DNA of 64,000 bases from Candidatus Binatia bacterium (GTDB lineage: Bacteria > Desulfobacterota > Binatia > Bin18): assembly GCA_963666315.2 (NCBI GenBank), contig CAXXHG010000010.1, positions 96,001 through 160,000 of the forward strand, in the 5' to 3' direction. Made by a program: the position numbers and the translations under genes. Positions 55,246-64,000 of the stretch are shown in pieces. Position 1 is the stretch's first letter. Every line of letters starts with the position of its first letter. The notes beneath the pieces are model-generated. The model ran no database searches. It saw nothing but the letters and a program-made list of their open reading frames with translations, and was not told the DNA's origin.

Positions 55246-55671
55246 TTAGTCGACCACCTCAAGACCCATGCTGCGAGCAGTTCCCACGACCGTGCGTATT
55301 GCACCGTCAAGATCCTTTGCGTTCAAATCCGGCATTTTAACATTTGCGATTTCTTCGACCTGTTTTCGTGTCACAGACCCCACCACGTGTTTTGCAGGCT
55401 CGCCAGACGCTTTCTCGAGCCCCGCAGCCTTTTTCAAAAGAGTTGAGGCTGGCGGCGTCTTCGTAATGAAAGAAAAAGAACGGTCTGCATAGACCGTAAT
55501 GATAACCGGGGTCAGCAATCCTTGCTGGCTCTGTGTTCTGGAATTAAAGGCCTTGCAGAACTCCATGATATTGACCCCTCGCTGTCCGAGCGCGGGCCCA
55601 ACCGGAGGGCTCGGATTCGCCTGCCCAGCCGGAATCTGGAGTTTTATCGTCGTCATCACTTTCTTGGCCAT
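55246..55671 (-). CDS. rplK: 50S ribosomal protein L11
   Basis: [26 protein letters not shown]. Confidence 0.97.
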   Translation of the reverse strand: MAKKVMTTIKLQIPAGQANPSPPVGPALGQRGVNIMEFCKAFNSRTQSQQGLLTPVIITVYADRSFSFITKTPPASTLLKKAAGLEKASGEPAKHVVGSVTRKQVEEIANVKMPDLNAKDLDGAIRTVVGTARSMGLEVVD

Positions 55672-55688
55672 AGTTGCTTCACCACACT

Positions 55689-56228
55689 TTATGCTTTTTC
55701 AACTTGGACAAGATCCAGCTCAACAGGAGTTGCCCGCCCAAAGATACTAATGAGTACGCGCAGCTTTCCTTTTTCCGGCTTGACCTCTTCAACCACACCG
55801 GTGAAATCCTGAAACGGGCCGTCCACAACCTTTACGCCCTCTCCAGTCTCAAACGAAATCTTGGGCTTGGGCCGTAGGGCGCCTTCTTCAACCTGTTGAT
55901 GAATTTCAGAGATCTCTGCTTCAGAAACAGGCGGGATGGTTTGGGGATCATTCGCTCCCCCTACAAACCCGGTCACTTTTGGCGTTGCCCGAACGACATG
56001 CCAGGTCTCATCGTTCATTTCCATGTGGACGAGGATATAGCCTGGGAAAAATTTTCGTGCCGATGTACGTTTTTTCCCTTTTACCAGCTCAACAACTTGC
56101 TCTTCAGGGACTAAGACATCACCAAACTGTTCCTGTTTGCCCAAGGTACGGATGCGCTCCTCTAAGGCCGCCTTCGCCTTGCGTTCGTACCCGGAATAGG
56201 TATGAACGACATACCATTGCTTGCCCAT
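55689..56228 (-). CDS. nusG: Transcription factor NusG
   Basis: [26 protein letters not shown]; start set at ATG56228. Confidence 0.96.
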   Translation of the reverse strand: MGKQWYVVHTYSGYERKAKAALEERIRTLGKQEQFGDVLVPEEQVVELVKGKKRTSARKFFPGYILVHMEMNDETWHVVRATPKVTGFVGGANDPQTIPPVSEAEISEIHQQVEEGALRPKPKISFETGEGVKVVDGPFQDFTGVVEEVKPEKGKLRVLISIFGRATPVELDLVQVEKA

Positions 56229-56251
56229 GACCTTAGACTCCCAAATCGTGG

Positions 56252-56446
56252 TCAATTTCCGAGGAACGAGCGAAACAGCCAAGACAGCGCCGCATCCACA
56301 GAAAATAGAAAGAGAGCAACAATCGACACAAGAAGAAGCACAACAAGTGTCGCGGCACGAACTTCTTTGGGGTTCGGCCACTGGACCTTCTGTGTTTCCA
56401 CCCACGCTTCTTGGCAAAATGCCCGTGCAGTCTCAAACGCGCTCAT
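56252..56446 (-). CDS. secE: Preprotein translocase SecE
   Basis: KVQWP motif plus a single TM segment; lies between tRNA-Trp and nusG. Confidence 0.9.
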   Translation of the reverse strand: MSAFETARAFCQEAWVETQKVQWPNPKEVRAATLVVLLLVSIVALFLFSVDAALSWLFRSFLGN

Positions 56447-56493
56447 AAGTTACTGTACTCTTTGGCCGGAGGATACATCTCTTCGTGGACGAA

Positions 56494-56568
56494 CGGGTCA
56501 GGCAGGACTCGAACCTGCAACCCCCGGATTTGGAGTCCGGTGCTCTATCCAATTCGAGCTACTGACCC
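56494..56568 (-). tRNA. tRNA-Trp (CCA)
   Basis: Acceptor stem GGGTCAG/CTGACCC, anticodon arm CCGGA-CTCCAAA-TCCGG, GTTCGAG; 3' CCA not encoded. Confidence 0.95.
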
Positions 56569-56576
56569 TCCTGCCC

Positions 56577-56729
56577 CTACACTTTTACTTCTTTGTGAGA
56601 GGTGTGAGATCGGCAGGCCGGACAAAATTTCCGAAGGGTAAGCTTATCCGGTTTTAACTTCTTGTTCTTGGTCGTCGTGTAGTTCTTGTGTTTACACTGT
56701 TCGCAGGAAAGCGCGATAAGATCTCTCAT
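56577..56729 (-). CDS. rpmG: 50S ribosomal protein L33 (Zn type)
   Basis: Hand-translated [50 protein letters not shown]. Confidence 0.95.
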   Translation of the reverse strand: MRDLIALSCEQCKHKNYTTTKNKKLKPDKLTLRKFCPACRSHTSHKEVKV

Positions 56730-56756
56730 GCTGCTCCTCTCCTTACTTCTGGGGAA

Positions 56757-57947
56757 CTACTGGAGGATTTTGGTCACAACGCCAGCCCCCACCGTGCGGC
56801 CCCCCTCCCGAATCGCAAACCGCAGACCCTCATCCATCGCTATCGGCGTCAATAACTCGACCGTCATCTGCGTGTTATCCCCCGGCATCACCATCTCCGT
56901 CCCCTCCTGCAAGACCACCGACCCGGTCACATCTGTCGTCCGAAAGTAAAACTGCGGCCGATAGCCATTGAAAAACGGCGTATGCCGCCCCCCCTCCTCC
57001 TTGGTCAATACATACACTTCCGCCTCATATTTCGTGTGCGGCGTGATACTCCCCGGCTTCGCCAAGACCTGCCCCCGCTCGATATCCTCCCGCTTGACCC
57101 CTCGGAGCAAACACCCCACATTGTCCCCCGCTACCCCCTCATCCAACAGCTTACGAAACATCTCCACGCCCGTCACCGTCGTCTTGCGCGTCTCCTTGAT
57201 CCCCACTATCTCGACCTCTTCCCCCACCTTCACCCGCCCCCGATCGACCCGCCCCGTCGCCACCGTCCCCCGCCCCGAAATCGTAAACACATCCTCAATC
57301 GACATCAGAAACTCGCGATCCACTTCCCGCTCCGGCTCCGGAATAAAATTGTCCACCGCCTCCATCAGCTTCAGGATCGCCGGCTCCCCTAACTCCCCCG
57401 GCTCCCCCTCCAACGCATGCAGCGCACTGCCCTGGATGATCGGCGTCTCATCGCCCGGAAAATCATACTTCGACAATAGCTCCCGCATCTCCAGCTCCAC
57501 CAGCTCCAACAGCTCCTCATCGTCCACCATGTCCACTTTGTTCATGAACACCACGATTGCCGGCACCCCCACTTGGCGCGCCAATAAAATATGCTCGCGC
57601 GTCTGCGGCATCGGCCCGTCTGAGGCCGCCACCACCAGTATCGCCCCGTCCATCTGCGCCGCCCCCGTGATCATATTCTTGATGTAATCCGCATGCCCCG
57701 GACAGTCCACGTGCGCATAGTGGCGGTTGTCCGTCTCATACTCTACATGCGCCGTGTTGATCGTAATCCCCCGCTCCCGCTCCTCCGGCGCCTTATCTAT
57801 CTCGTCAAACGACACAAACTCCGCCTGATTCCGCGCTGCTAACACCTTCGTGATCGCCGCCGTTAATGTCGTCTTCCCGTGATCGATATGCCCGATCGTG
57901 CCGACATTCATATGCGGCTTCGTCCGCTCAAACCGCGCCTTCGCCAT
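56757..57947 (-). CDS. tuf: Elongation factor Tu (tRNA-cluster copy)
   Basis: Protein identical to 42902-44092. Confidence 0.98.
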   Translation of the reverse strand: MAKARFERTKPHMNVGTIGHIDHGKTTLTAAITKVLAARNQAEFVSFDEIDKAPEERERGITINTAHVEYETDNRHYAHVDCPGHADYIKNMITGAAQMDGAILVVAASDGPMPQTREHILLARQVGVPAIVVFMNKVDMVDDEELLELVELEMRELLSKYDFPGDETPIIQGSALHALEGEPGELGEPAILKLMEAVDNFIPEPEREVDREFLMSIEDVFTISGRGTVATGRVDRGRVKVGEEVEIVGIKETRKTTVTGVEMFRKLLDEGVAGDNVGCLLRGVKREDIERGQVLAKPGSITPHTKYEAEVYVLTKEEGGRHTPFFNGYRPQFYFRTTDVTGSVVLQEGTEMVMPGDNTQMTVELLTPIAMDEGLRFAIREGGRTVGAGVVTKILQ

Positions 57948-58057
57948 CTCGCTCGTCCTTTCCCTTGCTCGGGTCGTATAGCTATGAAGAAATCCACACG
58001 ACTTCTTTGCCTGCCGCGCAGTGAGGTTTTCTTATCCCTATGTGTAAAGTAGTAACA

Positions 58058-58129
58058 AGCCCAGGAGCGGGCTTGAACCGCCGACCTCGTCCTTACCAAG
58101 GACGTGCTCTACCACTGAGCTACCTGGGC
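58058..58129 (-). tRNA. tRNA-Thr (GGT)
   Basis: GCCCAGG...CGTCC-TTGGTAA-GGACG...CCTGGGCT. Confidence 0.95.
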
Positions 58130-58226
58130 ATCTTATCCAATTTTCTGCTCTTAGAATAGCACAGTTTCTCTCGTCAGACCTGCCTAGCGTCAACAGAGAA
58201 ACCCAATACTCTTCCCCACAATCTAC

Positions 58227-58303
58227 TGGAGCGGGAAACGGGACTCGAACCCGCGACCCCGAGCTTGGAAGGCTCGCGCTCTAGCCAACTGAGCTATTCC
58301 CGC
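58227..58303 (-). tRNA. tRNA-Gly (TCC)
   Basis: GCGGGAA...CGAGC-CTTCCAA-GCTCG...TTCCCGCTCCA. Confidence 0.95.
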
Positions 58304-58329
58304 CCGATTTGTTTTTCCAATTTTCACCA

Positions 58330-58412
58330 TGGAGAGGGGAGGATTCGAACCTCCGAAGGCATACGCCGGCAGATTTACAGTCTGCTCCCTTTGGCCGCTC
58401 GGGCACCTCTCC
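58330..58412 (-). tRNA. tRNA-Tyr (GTA)
   Basis: GGAGAGG...GCAGA-CTGTAAA-TCTGC, long variable arm. Confidence 0.95.
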
Positions 58413-58444
58413 ACACTTGCACGCACGGTTCTCATCTCAACAAA

Positions 58445-58516
58445 AGCTGGCGATAGGACTTGAACCTACAACCTACTGATTACAAATCAGTTGCTCTACC
58501 ATTGAGCTACGCCAGC
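58445..58516 (-). tRNA. tRNA-Thr (TGT)
   Basis: GCTGGCG...CTGAT-TTGTAA-TCAG...CGCCAGCT. Confidence 0.95.
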
Positions 58517-58606
58517 GGCCAAACAGTACAATTGCCCGCAGCCCATGAATGTTGAGGATCTGGTAGACACTTAAAAGAGACCTTGTTATATAACTGAAGA
58601 GCGCTT

Positions 58607-58635
58607 ATCCTACCCCAGCAATTTCATCCAGTCAA
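58607..58635 (-). promoter_or_regulatory. Putative sigma70 promoter of the tRNA-tuf-secE-nusG cluster
   Basis: TTGACT-17 nt-TAGGAT, ~90 nt upstream of tRNA-Thr(TGT). Confidence 0.6.
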
Positions 58636-58746
58636 TAGTGAGAAATTTCATTCCGTTGGCTTAGCGGACTATATAAAAATCTTTTCAAATTCCGCGACTT
58701 GCGGACAGATAACAGAAAAAGCAGCTGACCACAACCGAGAGTAGCA

Positions 58747-59502
58747 TCATACCACTTCTCTTCTTCGACGCAGGTGTTCATACAGCACAACAGCACCTGC
58801 AACAGAGACATTCAGTGAAGTCACCTTACCCCTCATTGGGATTGAGACAAGATAGTCACAGGCTTCTTGCACTATTGGACGCAGCCCTTTCCCTTCTCCC
58901 CCTACAACGAAAGCAATTTTCGCATGCATTTCAATATCGTATACGGTCCGTTGTGCCTGCGGGCTCAGGCCAACCAGCCAGTATTCCCTTTGTTTCAAGA
59001 CGGCAAGTGTTTGCCGAAGATTTCCAACTCGACAGATCGGGATATGCGCTATTGCCCCTGCCGCGGCTTTTTCAACCAGAGCAGACAGTGGTGCAGAACG
59101 ACGCTTAGGGAGTACGACTCCACCCACACCAGCTGACTCAGCAGTGCGGAGTAAAGCCCCAAGATTTCGGGGGTCTAAGATTTCATCCAGGACAAGGAGA
59201 CAGTCCTCTCCCTTATTGAGAAGATCACCCAGCGAGATATAGGAAAATGGACGCACCCGCGCAGCGATTCCTTGATGCGTTCCCCCTTGCGTATGGGTAT
59301 CAAGGACGCTTTGCGACTCGTAACATATGGGAACGCCGACCCGTCGTGCCTCTTCGACCAGCCGTTCCGTTTTTGGAGAGGGAACGACATACAGTTCTTC
59401 TACCCTGTCTGGTTGCGCGCGGAGATATTCCCGGACGGGATGCGGTCCATAGACGACGCGCGGTTTACATTTCAACGCTTTTTTCCTAGGATCTCGGGCC
59501 AT
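58747..59502 (-). CDS. rlmB: 23S rRNA Gm2251 2'-O-methyltransferase (alternative start TTG at 59475)
   Basis: HQGI, LDEILDPRNLGA, GGEGKGL, SLNVSVA. Confidence 0.93.
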   Translation of the reverse strand: MARDPRKKALKCKPRVVYGPHPVREYLRAQPDRVEELYVVPSPKTERLVEEARRVGVPICYESQSVLDTHTQGGTHQGIAARVRPFSYISLGDLLNKGEDCLLVLDEILDPRNLGALLRTAESAGVGGVVLPKRRSAPLSALVEKAAAGAIAHIPICRVGNLRQTLAVLKQREYWLVGLSPQAQRTVYDIEMHAKIAFVVGGEGKGLRPIVQEACDYLVSIPMRGKVTSLNVSVAGAVVLYEHLRRRREVV

Positions 59503-60679
59503 GGGTAAAATCTTGATTCGCTATCTCGTCCGCGAAATTACGATACCATTCTTCATTGGTCTGCTCATCTTTACCTGTATTCTCTTTTCCACTCGTATGC
59601 TGAAGTTGGTGGAACTAGTGGTCAATAAAGGAGTATCCGTTCTCTCTATCCTCAAGATGCTTTTTTTTGTTCTCCCCTCTTTTTTCGAAGTCACTGTTCC
59701 TATGGCCTTCCTGCTTGCCATACTCTGGGGACTTGGCCGTCTCTCAACCGACCGAGAGGTCCTCGCACTCAAGAGTTGTGGGATCGGCCTCCTACAAATG
59801 GCACATCCGCTGGGCTTATTGACAGTCGTACTCCTTGCCAGTTCATTTTTTTTGACGCTCTACGTTCGCCCGTGGAGTAACGCCGGGCTTGATCAAGCGT
59901 TCTATGATGTTGCAAAAACACGAGCAACGGCAGGGCTGAAAGAGAAAACGTTTAATAACGATTTCGATGGCTTAGTCATTTATGCGGAGGAGATTGAACC
60001 TCCGGGGACTATTCTCAAGGGCGTTATGGTAGCCAATAATCGAAACCCCCAACTAAAAGAAACGATATTTGCCCGCAACGGGCTGGTTGTCTCCAATGCG
60101 AAGAAACGCACCCTCACCATCCGATTACAAGACGGGACCGTTCATAGTACACGGCGAGCAGAAAAGAGCTATCAGACCACCCATTTCGCCACCTATGATG
60201 TAACGCTGGACATGGCGGCTCTCCTTGCTCATATGAAAGAACCACACCATAGTCCCAAAGATATGACGACACAGGAACTCTTGAGTATGCTTGTGCAGAA
60301 CCAGGACAAGTCTTCTCAGCACAACAAAGCGCTTGTCGAATTCCACCGTCGGCTTGCACTGCCATTCGCCTGTGTCGTCTTCAGTCTCATTGCCCTCCCC
60401 CTCAGCATACGAATGGCTTGGGCGCATCGTTCAGTTGGATTTGGGGTCAGCCTGGGCATCATCCTCCTGTATTATCTCCTCCTGACCGCTGGAGAAACAT
60501 TCGGCAAAAGGGGCGTGCTTGCACCTGCGATCGCCTTATGGATTCCGAATGTGGTTTTGGGCAGCATCGGATTGTATCTATTCTGCCGCGTTGCCCAGGA
60601 GAAGCCACTCTTTCGCCTGCCGATTTGGGTGTCTAAATGCATGCCAAAACGTGTGTCTGCACCTTTGACTGTTCGATGA
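59501..60679 (+). CDS. lptF: LPS export ABC transporter permease LptF
   Basis: ILIRYLVREI, GRLSTDREVLALKSCG, EFHRRLALPF, WIPN. Confidence 0.9.
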   Translation: MGKILIRYLVREITIPFFIGLLIFTCILFSTRMLKLVELVVNKGVSVLSILKMLFFVLPSFFEVTVPMAFLLAILWGLGRLSTDREVLALKSCGIGLLQMAHPLGLLTVVLLASSFFLTLYVRPWSNAGLDQAFYDVAKTRATAGLKEKTFNNDFDGLVIYAEEIEPPGTILKGVMVANNRNPQLKETIFARNGLVVSNAKKRTLTIRLQDGTVHSTRRAEKSYQTTHFATYDVTLDMAALLAHMKEPHHSPKDMTTQELLSMLVQNQDKSSQHNKALVEFHRRLALPFACVVFSLIALPLSIRMAWAHRSVGFGVSLGIILLYYLLLTAGETFGKRGVLAPAIALWIPNVVLGSIGLYLFCRVAQEKPLFRLPIWVSKCMPKRVSAPLTVR

Positions 60680-60697
60680 TCTTGGCACCCAACGCCC

Positions 60698-61792
60698 ATG
60701 TCTCAAAGAGGCTCAGCCCTTCCCCCGCCTGTGATTTCGATCTATCTGTGTAAAGAATTTATCCGATTCTTTTTCCTGTGCCTTTTTTTATTTCTGGGGC
60801 TCTCTCTTCTCATCGACTTTTTTGATCGTTTTAATACCTTCGTAAAATATGGGGCCCCCTTCTCTGCGATATGCCGCTACTTTCTTTTCAAATTGCCGCT
60901 CTTCGTCATTCAGGCTTCCCCAGCTGCTGCGCTAGCGGGGGCCCTTTTGAGCCTCGGGTTACTCTCTCGTAACCGGGAACTCCTTGCCCTTAAGGCGTGC
61001 GGAGTGAGCGCATTACAGATTGCTACGCCCCTCCTCCTCTCAGCCTGTATCCTCAGCATCGGTGGCTGGGTATGGAACGAAAACGTTGTCCCCTACGCTT
61101 TCCACAAATCCCGCTATATCAATACCATAGAGATAAAGAAGAAGGAATTTAAAGGACTCTTCCATTCACGAGGGTTCTGGTATCATGGGGCACAGGCCTT
61201 CTATCACATCGATCACTTTGATTCGCGTAGAAACATACTCTCGGGTCTGACTGTATATACGCTCAGTGATACTTTCCAGGTACACTCGCTCGTAAAGATT
61301 CGCCGAGCATCCTGGCGGAATGGGGAATGGCATTTCGAGGGAATCCAAGAAAACAGAGTCGATCCTGCGCATTCCCTTCTTTCAAATCCTCGCTCTGTTC
61401 TGCTCGAAGAAAAGCCAGAGGATTTCTCTTTAGTTGATATGAAAGCCGAAGAGCTTTCTTCACACCAACTCCAAGCACACATCGCGAATCTTCAACAAAA
61501 GGGCTTGGATACCACGGAGTACCAAGTGGATTTGCAGCTTAAAGGGGCTCTCCCCTTTGCCGCACTTGTGATGACGTTACTGGGGATTGCGCTCGCCGTA
61601 CCAGGGGCTCAACAGCTTTCGGTGTCGATGGCATTGGGTTCTGCGCTCGTCGTGGGATTCGGCTACTGGGTCTTTCTCGCCCTGAGCGTTTCCCTGGGGA
61701 ACAGCGGAGTCCTGCCCCCCATACTCGCAGCGTGGCTCGCCAACGCTATAGCGAGTTTAGTCGGTCTTTATTTTCTATTAGGCGTCGATTAA
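60698..61792 (+). CDS. lptG: LPS export ABC transporter permease LptG
   Basis: IYLCKEF, LSRNRELLALKACGVS, PILAAWLAN; follows lptF. Confidence 0.9.
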   Translation: MSQRGSALPPPVISIYLCKEFIRFFFLCLFLFLGLSLLIDFFDRFNTFVKYGAPFSAICRYFLFKLPLFVIQASPAAALAGALLSLGLLSRNRELLALKACGVSALQIATPLLLSACILSIGGWVWNENVVPYAFHKSRYINTIEIKKKEFKGLFHSRGFWYHGAQAFYHIDHFDSRRNILSGLTVYTLSDTFQVHSLVKIRRASWRNGEWHFEGIQENRVDPAHSLLSNPRSVLLEEKPEDFSLVDMKAEELSSHQLQAHIANLQQKGLDTTEYQVDLQLKGALPFAALVMTLLGIALAVPGAQQLSVSMALGSALVVGFGYWVFLALSVSLGNSGVLPPILAAWLANAIASLVGLYFLLGVD

Positions 61793-61810
61793 CCGCACCA
61801 CGCAACAACG

Positions 61811-62209
61811 CTAGCGCTTAGAATATTGTGGACGCTTGCGAGCTTTATGTCTGCCGTATTTCTTGCGCTCAACTTCTCGTGAGTCGCGGGTGACAAATCC
61901 TTCCTTTTTGAGCGCTGGCCGAAAGTCAGGATTTACCTTGAGGAGAGCCCGGGTAATACCGTGCCGAATAGCCGCCGCTTGCGCGGAATTCCCACCGCCG
62001 TGGACATTGGCGTTGACGTCGTACTGTTCCTCAGTCTGAGTAAGAACGAGAGGTTGGCGAGCGATCATACGAACGGCTTCGCGCCCGAAGTATTCCTCCA
62101 GAGGTTTCTTATTGACGGTACACTTCCCTTCTCCGGGAAAGAGGCGAACTCTGGCAACGGCGGTTTTTCGCCTGCCAGTCGCCCAATATTCTGCTTGCTT
62201 CTCCGACAT
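61811..62209 (-). CDS. rpsI: 30S ribosomal protein S9
   Basis: [22 protein letters not shown]. Confidence 0.97.
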   Translation of the reverse strand: MSEKQAEYWATGRRKTAVARVRLFPGEGKCTVNKKPLEEYFGREAVRMIARQPLVLTQTEEQYDVNANVHGGGNSAQAAAIRHGITRALLKVNPDFRPALKKEGFVTRDSREVERKKYGRHKARKRPQYSKR

Positions 62210-62240
62210 GTGCAGTGCCTTCCCTTAATTTTCGCATGCC

Positions 62241-62681
62241 CTAAGAGTACGGAATTGGACTCTGGGCAGTATGCGGATGATCCGCGTCAGGATAGACCTT
62301 TAATTTCTTTACGAGCTGACGCCCGAATATATTCTTCGGTAACATACCGGTAACGGCCTTCCTAATGATATCCTCAGGGGAAGCCTTGAGCATTTCCTGG
62401 GCTGAAGTGCTCCGAATTCCTCCAGGGTATCCGGTGTATCGATAGTAGCGTTTCTCGCGCAGTTTATTCCCGGTAAATTTAATATGACGCGCGTTGATCA
62501 CAACAATAAAATCACCATTGTCGATATGGGGTGAAAATGTGGGGTTGTCTTTCCCTCGAAGCCTACTCGCAAGTGCACTTGCGAGCCGTCCAACGGTCTT
62601 ATCTTTGGCATCAATAAGATACCAACGACGCGCGGCAAAGGACTGTTTTTGCGAAAATGTTGGCGTTTCTTTTTTCATCAA
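62241..62681 (-). CDS. rplM: 50S ribosomal protein L13
   Basis: WYLIDA, GRLAS, TGYPGG, GMLPK. Confidence 0.96.
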   Translation of the reverse strand: MMKKETPTFSQKQSFAARRWYLIDAKDKTVGRLASALASRLRGKDNPTFSPHIDNGDFIVVINARHIKFTGNKLREKRYYRYTGYPGGIRSTSAQEMLKASPEDIIRKAVTGMLPKNIFGRQLVKKLKVYPDADHPHTAQSPIPYS

Positions 62682-62711
62682 AAATGGCGCCTTCTCCTAT
62701 ACAGTTGGGGA

Positions 62712-62789
62712 TGGCGGGGCCGACGAGACTTGAACTCGCGACCTCCGGCTTGACAGGCCGGCGTTCTAAACCAACTGAACTACGACCCC
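62712..62789 (-). tRNA. tRNA-Asp (GTC)
   Basis: GGGGTCG...CCGGC-CTGTCAA-GCCGG...CGGCCCCGCCA. Confidence 0.95.
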
Positions 62790-62798
62790 ACCATAATA

Positions 62799-62870
62799 TG
62801 GGCGGTATCCGGTTTGAACGGATGGCCCTCGGCTTGTAAGGCCGACGCTCTTCCACTGAGCTAACCGCCC
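62799..62870 (-). tRNA. tRNA-Val (TAC)
   Basis: GGGCGGT...TCGGC-CTTACAA-GCCGA...ACCGCCCA. Confidence 0.93.
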
Positions 62871-62930
62871 CTCTCTGAGGACAGAAGAGCCTATCAGGGA
62901 AGACAACGCCCTAGTCCTCGTGAGGGACGA

Positions 62931-62959
62931 GGTCTACCATTGTCTTTTTGTCCAGTCAA
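62931..62959 (-). promoter_or_regulatory. Putative sigma70 promoter for tRNA-Val/Asp-rplM-rpsI
   Basis: TTGACT-17 nt-TAGACC, with TGn immediately before the -10. Confidence 0.5.
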
Positions 62960-62969
62960 TCCCCTCTCA

Positions 62970-64000
62970 TCAATGCGTCACAATCTCGGTCGATTCAGCC
63001 GGAACACTAGCCTCGGAGGAATAGAGTACCCCCTGGTCAACCGAGGTGTCTTTCTTTGCTAAGAAACAATCAGGCTGGGCAACGAGCGCACCGCGCAAGA
63101 CATCATCTAGATTATCGACAGGTTCGACGTGGACTGTTCGAAGAATATTTGCCGGGATCTCACGGAGATCTTTTTCATTTTCGGCAGGGATAAGAACCCG
63201 TGTTATACCTCCACGATGAGCAGCCAATATCTTTTCCTTCAGTCCGCCTATGGGCAAAATCCGGCCGCGCAGAGTGATTTCTCCAGTCATTGCAGTATCG
63301 TGTCTGACTGGAATTTTCGTCAGAGCTGAAACGAGACAGGTCGTAATCGTCACCCCAGCAGAAGGACCATCCTTGGGAATAGCCCCTTCCGGAATGTGAA
63401 GGTGAACATCGATCTTTTGATAAAAATCCTTTTCCAGCCCGAACTCATCCGCCCGTGAGCGCACATAGCTCATCGACGCGTGAGCGGATTCTTGCATAAC
63501 ATCGCCGATCTTCCCCGTAATCGTCATCTTTCCTTTTCCTGGCAAGATTGCTACCTCAGTCGCCAGCAGTTCTCCGCCCATGTCCGTCCAAGCGAGTCCA
63601 GTCACAACACCAATCTTATCTTCCTGCTCGGCCTGACTAATCCGGTACCGAATAGGGCCAAGATATTTTTCGAGCTTTTTCTGTGTAAGGCGCACATGCG
63701 TATCCCGGCCATTTTTGACCACTTCAACAGCGACTTTGCGGCAGAGTGTTGCGATTTCTCTCTCCAGATTTCGCACTCCAGATTCCCGTGTATAGGAACG
63801 GACGACAGTCGAGAGAATCCGCTCAGGACAACTAATATTGCTCTCGGTGAGCCCGTTCGCTTCGCGCTGCTTCTTGAATAAGAAGAGTTTTGCAATATTG
63901 AATTTTTCCCATTCAGTGTATCCAGGGATCCTAATAATCTCCATGCGGTCCTGTAGGGGTCTTGGAATATATTCCAGACTATTAGCGGTACAGATGAAGA
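62970..64000 (-). CDS. lon: Lon protease (3' part; continues beyond the window)
   Basis: [42 protein letters not shown]. Confidence 0.96.
   Translation of the reverse strand, partial: FICTANSLEYIPRPLQDRMEIIRIPGYTEWEKFNIAKLFLFKKQREANGLTESNISCPERILSTVVRSYTRESGVRNLEREIATLCRKVAVEVVKNGRDTHVRLTQKKLEKYLGPIRYRISQAEQEDKIGVVTGLAWTDMGGELLATEVAILPGKGKMTITGKIGDVMQESAHASMSYVRSRADEFGLEKDFYQKIDVHLHIPEGAIPKDGPSAGVTITTCLVSALTKIPVRHDTAMTGEITLRGRILPIGGLKEKILAAHRGGITRVLIPAENEKDLREIPANILRTVHVEPVDNLDDVLRGALVAQPDCFLAKKDTSVDQGVLYSSEASVPAESTEIVTH

Noticed and set aside
55689-56417. N-terminally extended NusG, and similar extensions of FolC, RplA, YicC, TrpF, SpoT and the NTF2 protein
   Set aside because: Longest-ORF artefacts, mostly overlapping upstream genes; downstream ATGs match the family N-termini.
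43113-57687. Long + strand ORFs antisense to tuf, rpoB/rpoC and ribosomal genes (e.g. the duplicated 239-aa and 136-aa ORFs)
   Set aside because: Shadow ORFs caused by codon bias of the real minus-strand genes; duplicated only because tuf is.

Overview
The window has two parts. Positions ~1-8,100 are a decaying accessory patch full of nonsense codons, frameshifts and deletion junctions. It contains a secreted hypothetical gene, a DUF4258-type toxin/antitoxin remnant, an intact SDR plus NTF2/SnoaL pair, a minus-strand operon (PqqD/RRE fused to a GT10-like domain, a GT2-GT25 fusion, an NTP_transf_5 nucleotidyltransferase, an MBL-fold remnant) and a DUF11-repeat IPTL-CTERM surface protein. Positions ~8,100-64,000 are core genome of a diderm, LPS-making bacterium; a deltaproteobacteria-like lineage such as Candidatus Binatia is my inference from protein style. 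The core part holds an LPS-core operon running into yicC-gmk-spoT; rpmB, rfaE2, lptD, folC, accD and trpDCFBA; the alpha/spc/S10/str/rpoBC/L10/L11 superoperon with two near-identical tuf genes; 7 tRNAs; rlmB, lptFG, rpsI-rplM and the 3' part of lon. Main oddities: (1) fusA is absent from the str operon but leaves an EF-G domain IV relic (VDSSEIAFSIA); (2) a 15-bp tandem repeat making repeated M-K-D-stop mini-ORFs sits directly on the rplJ start; (3) rplO is frameshifted; (4) rlmB and lptF start head-to-head with almost no spacer; (5) the RRE-glycosyltransferase cluster may be the relic of an undescribed peptide/protein glycosylation system. All family assignments come from motif recognition by eye, not database searches.
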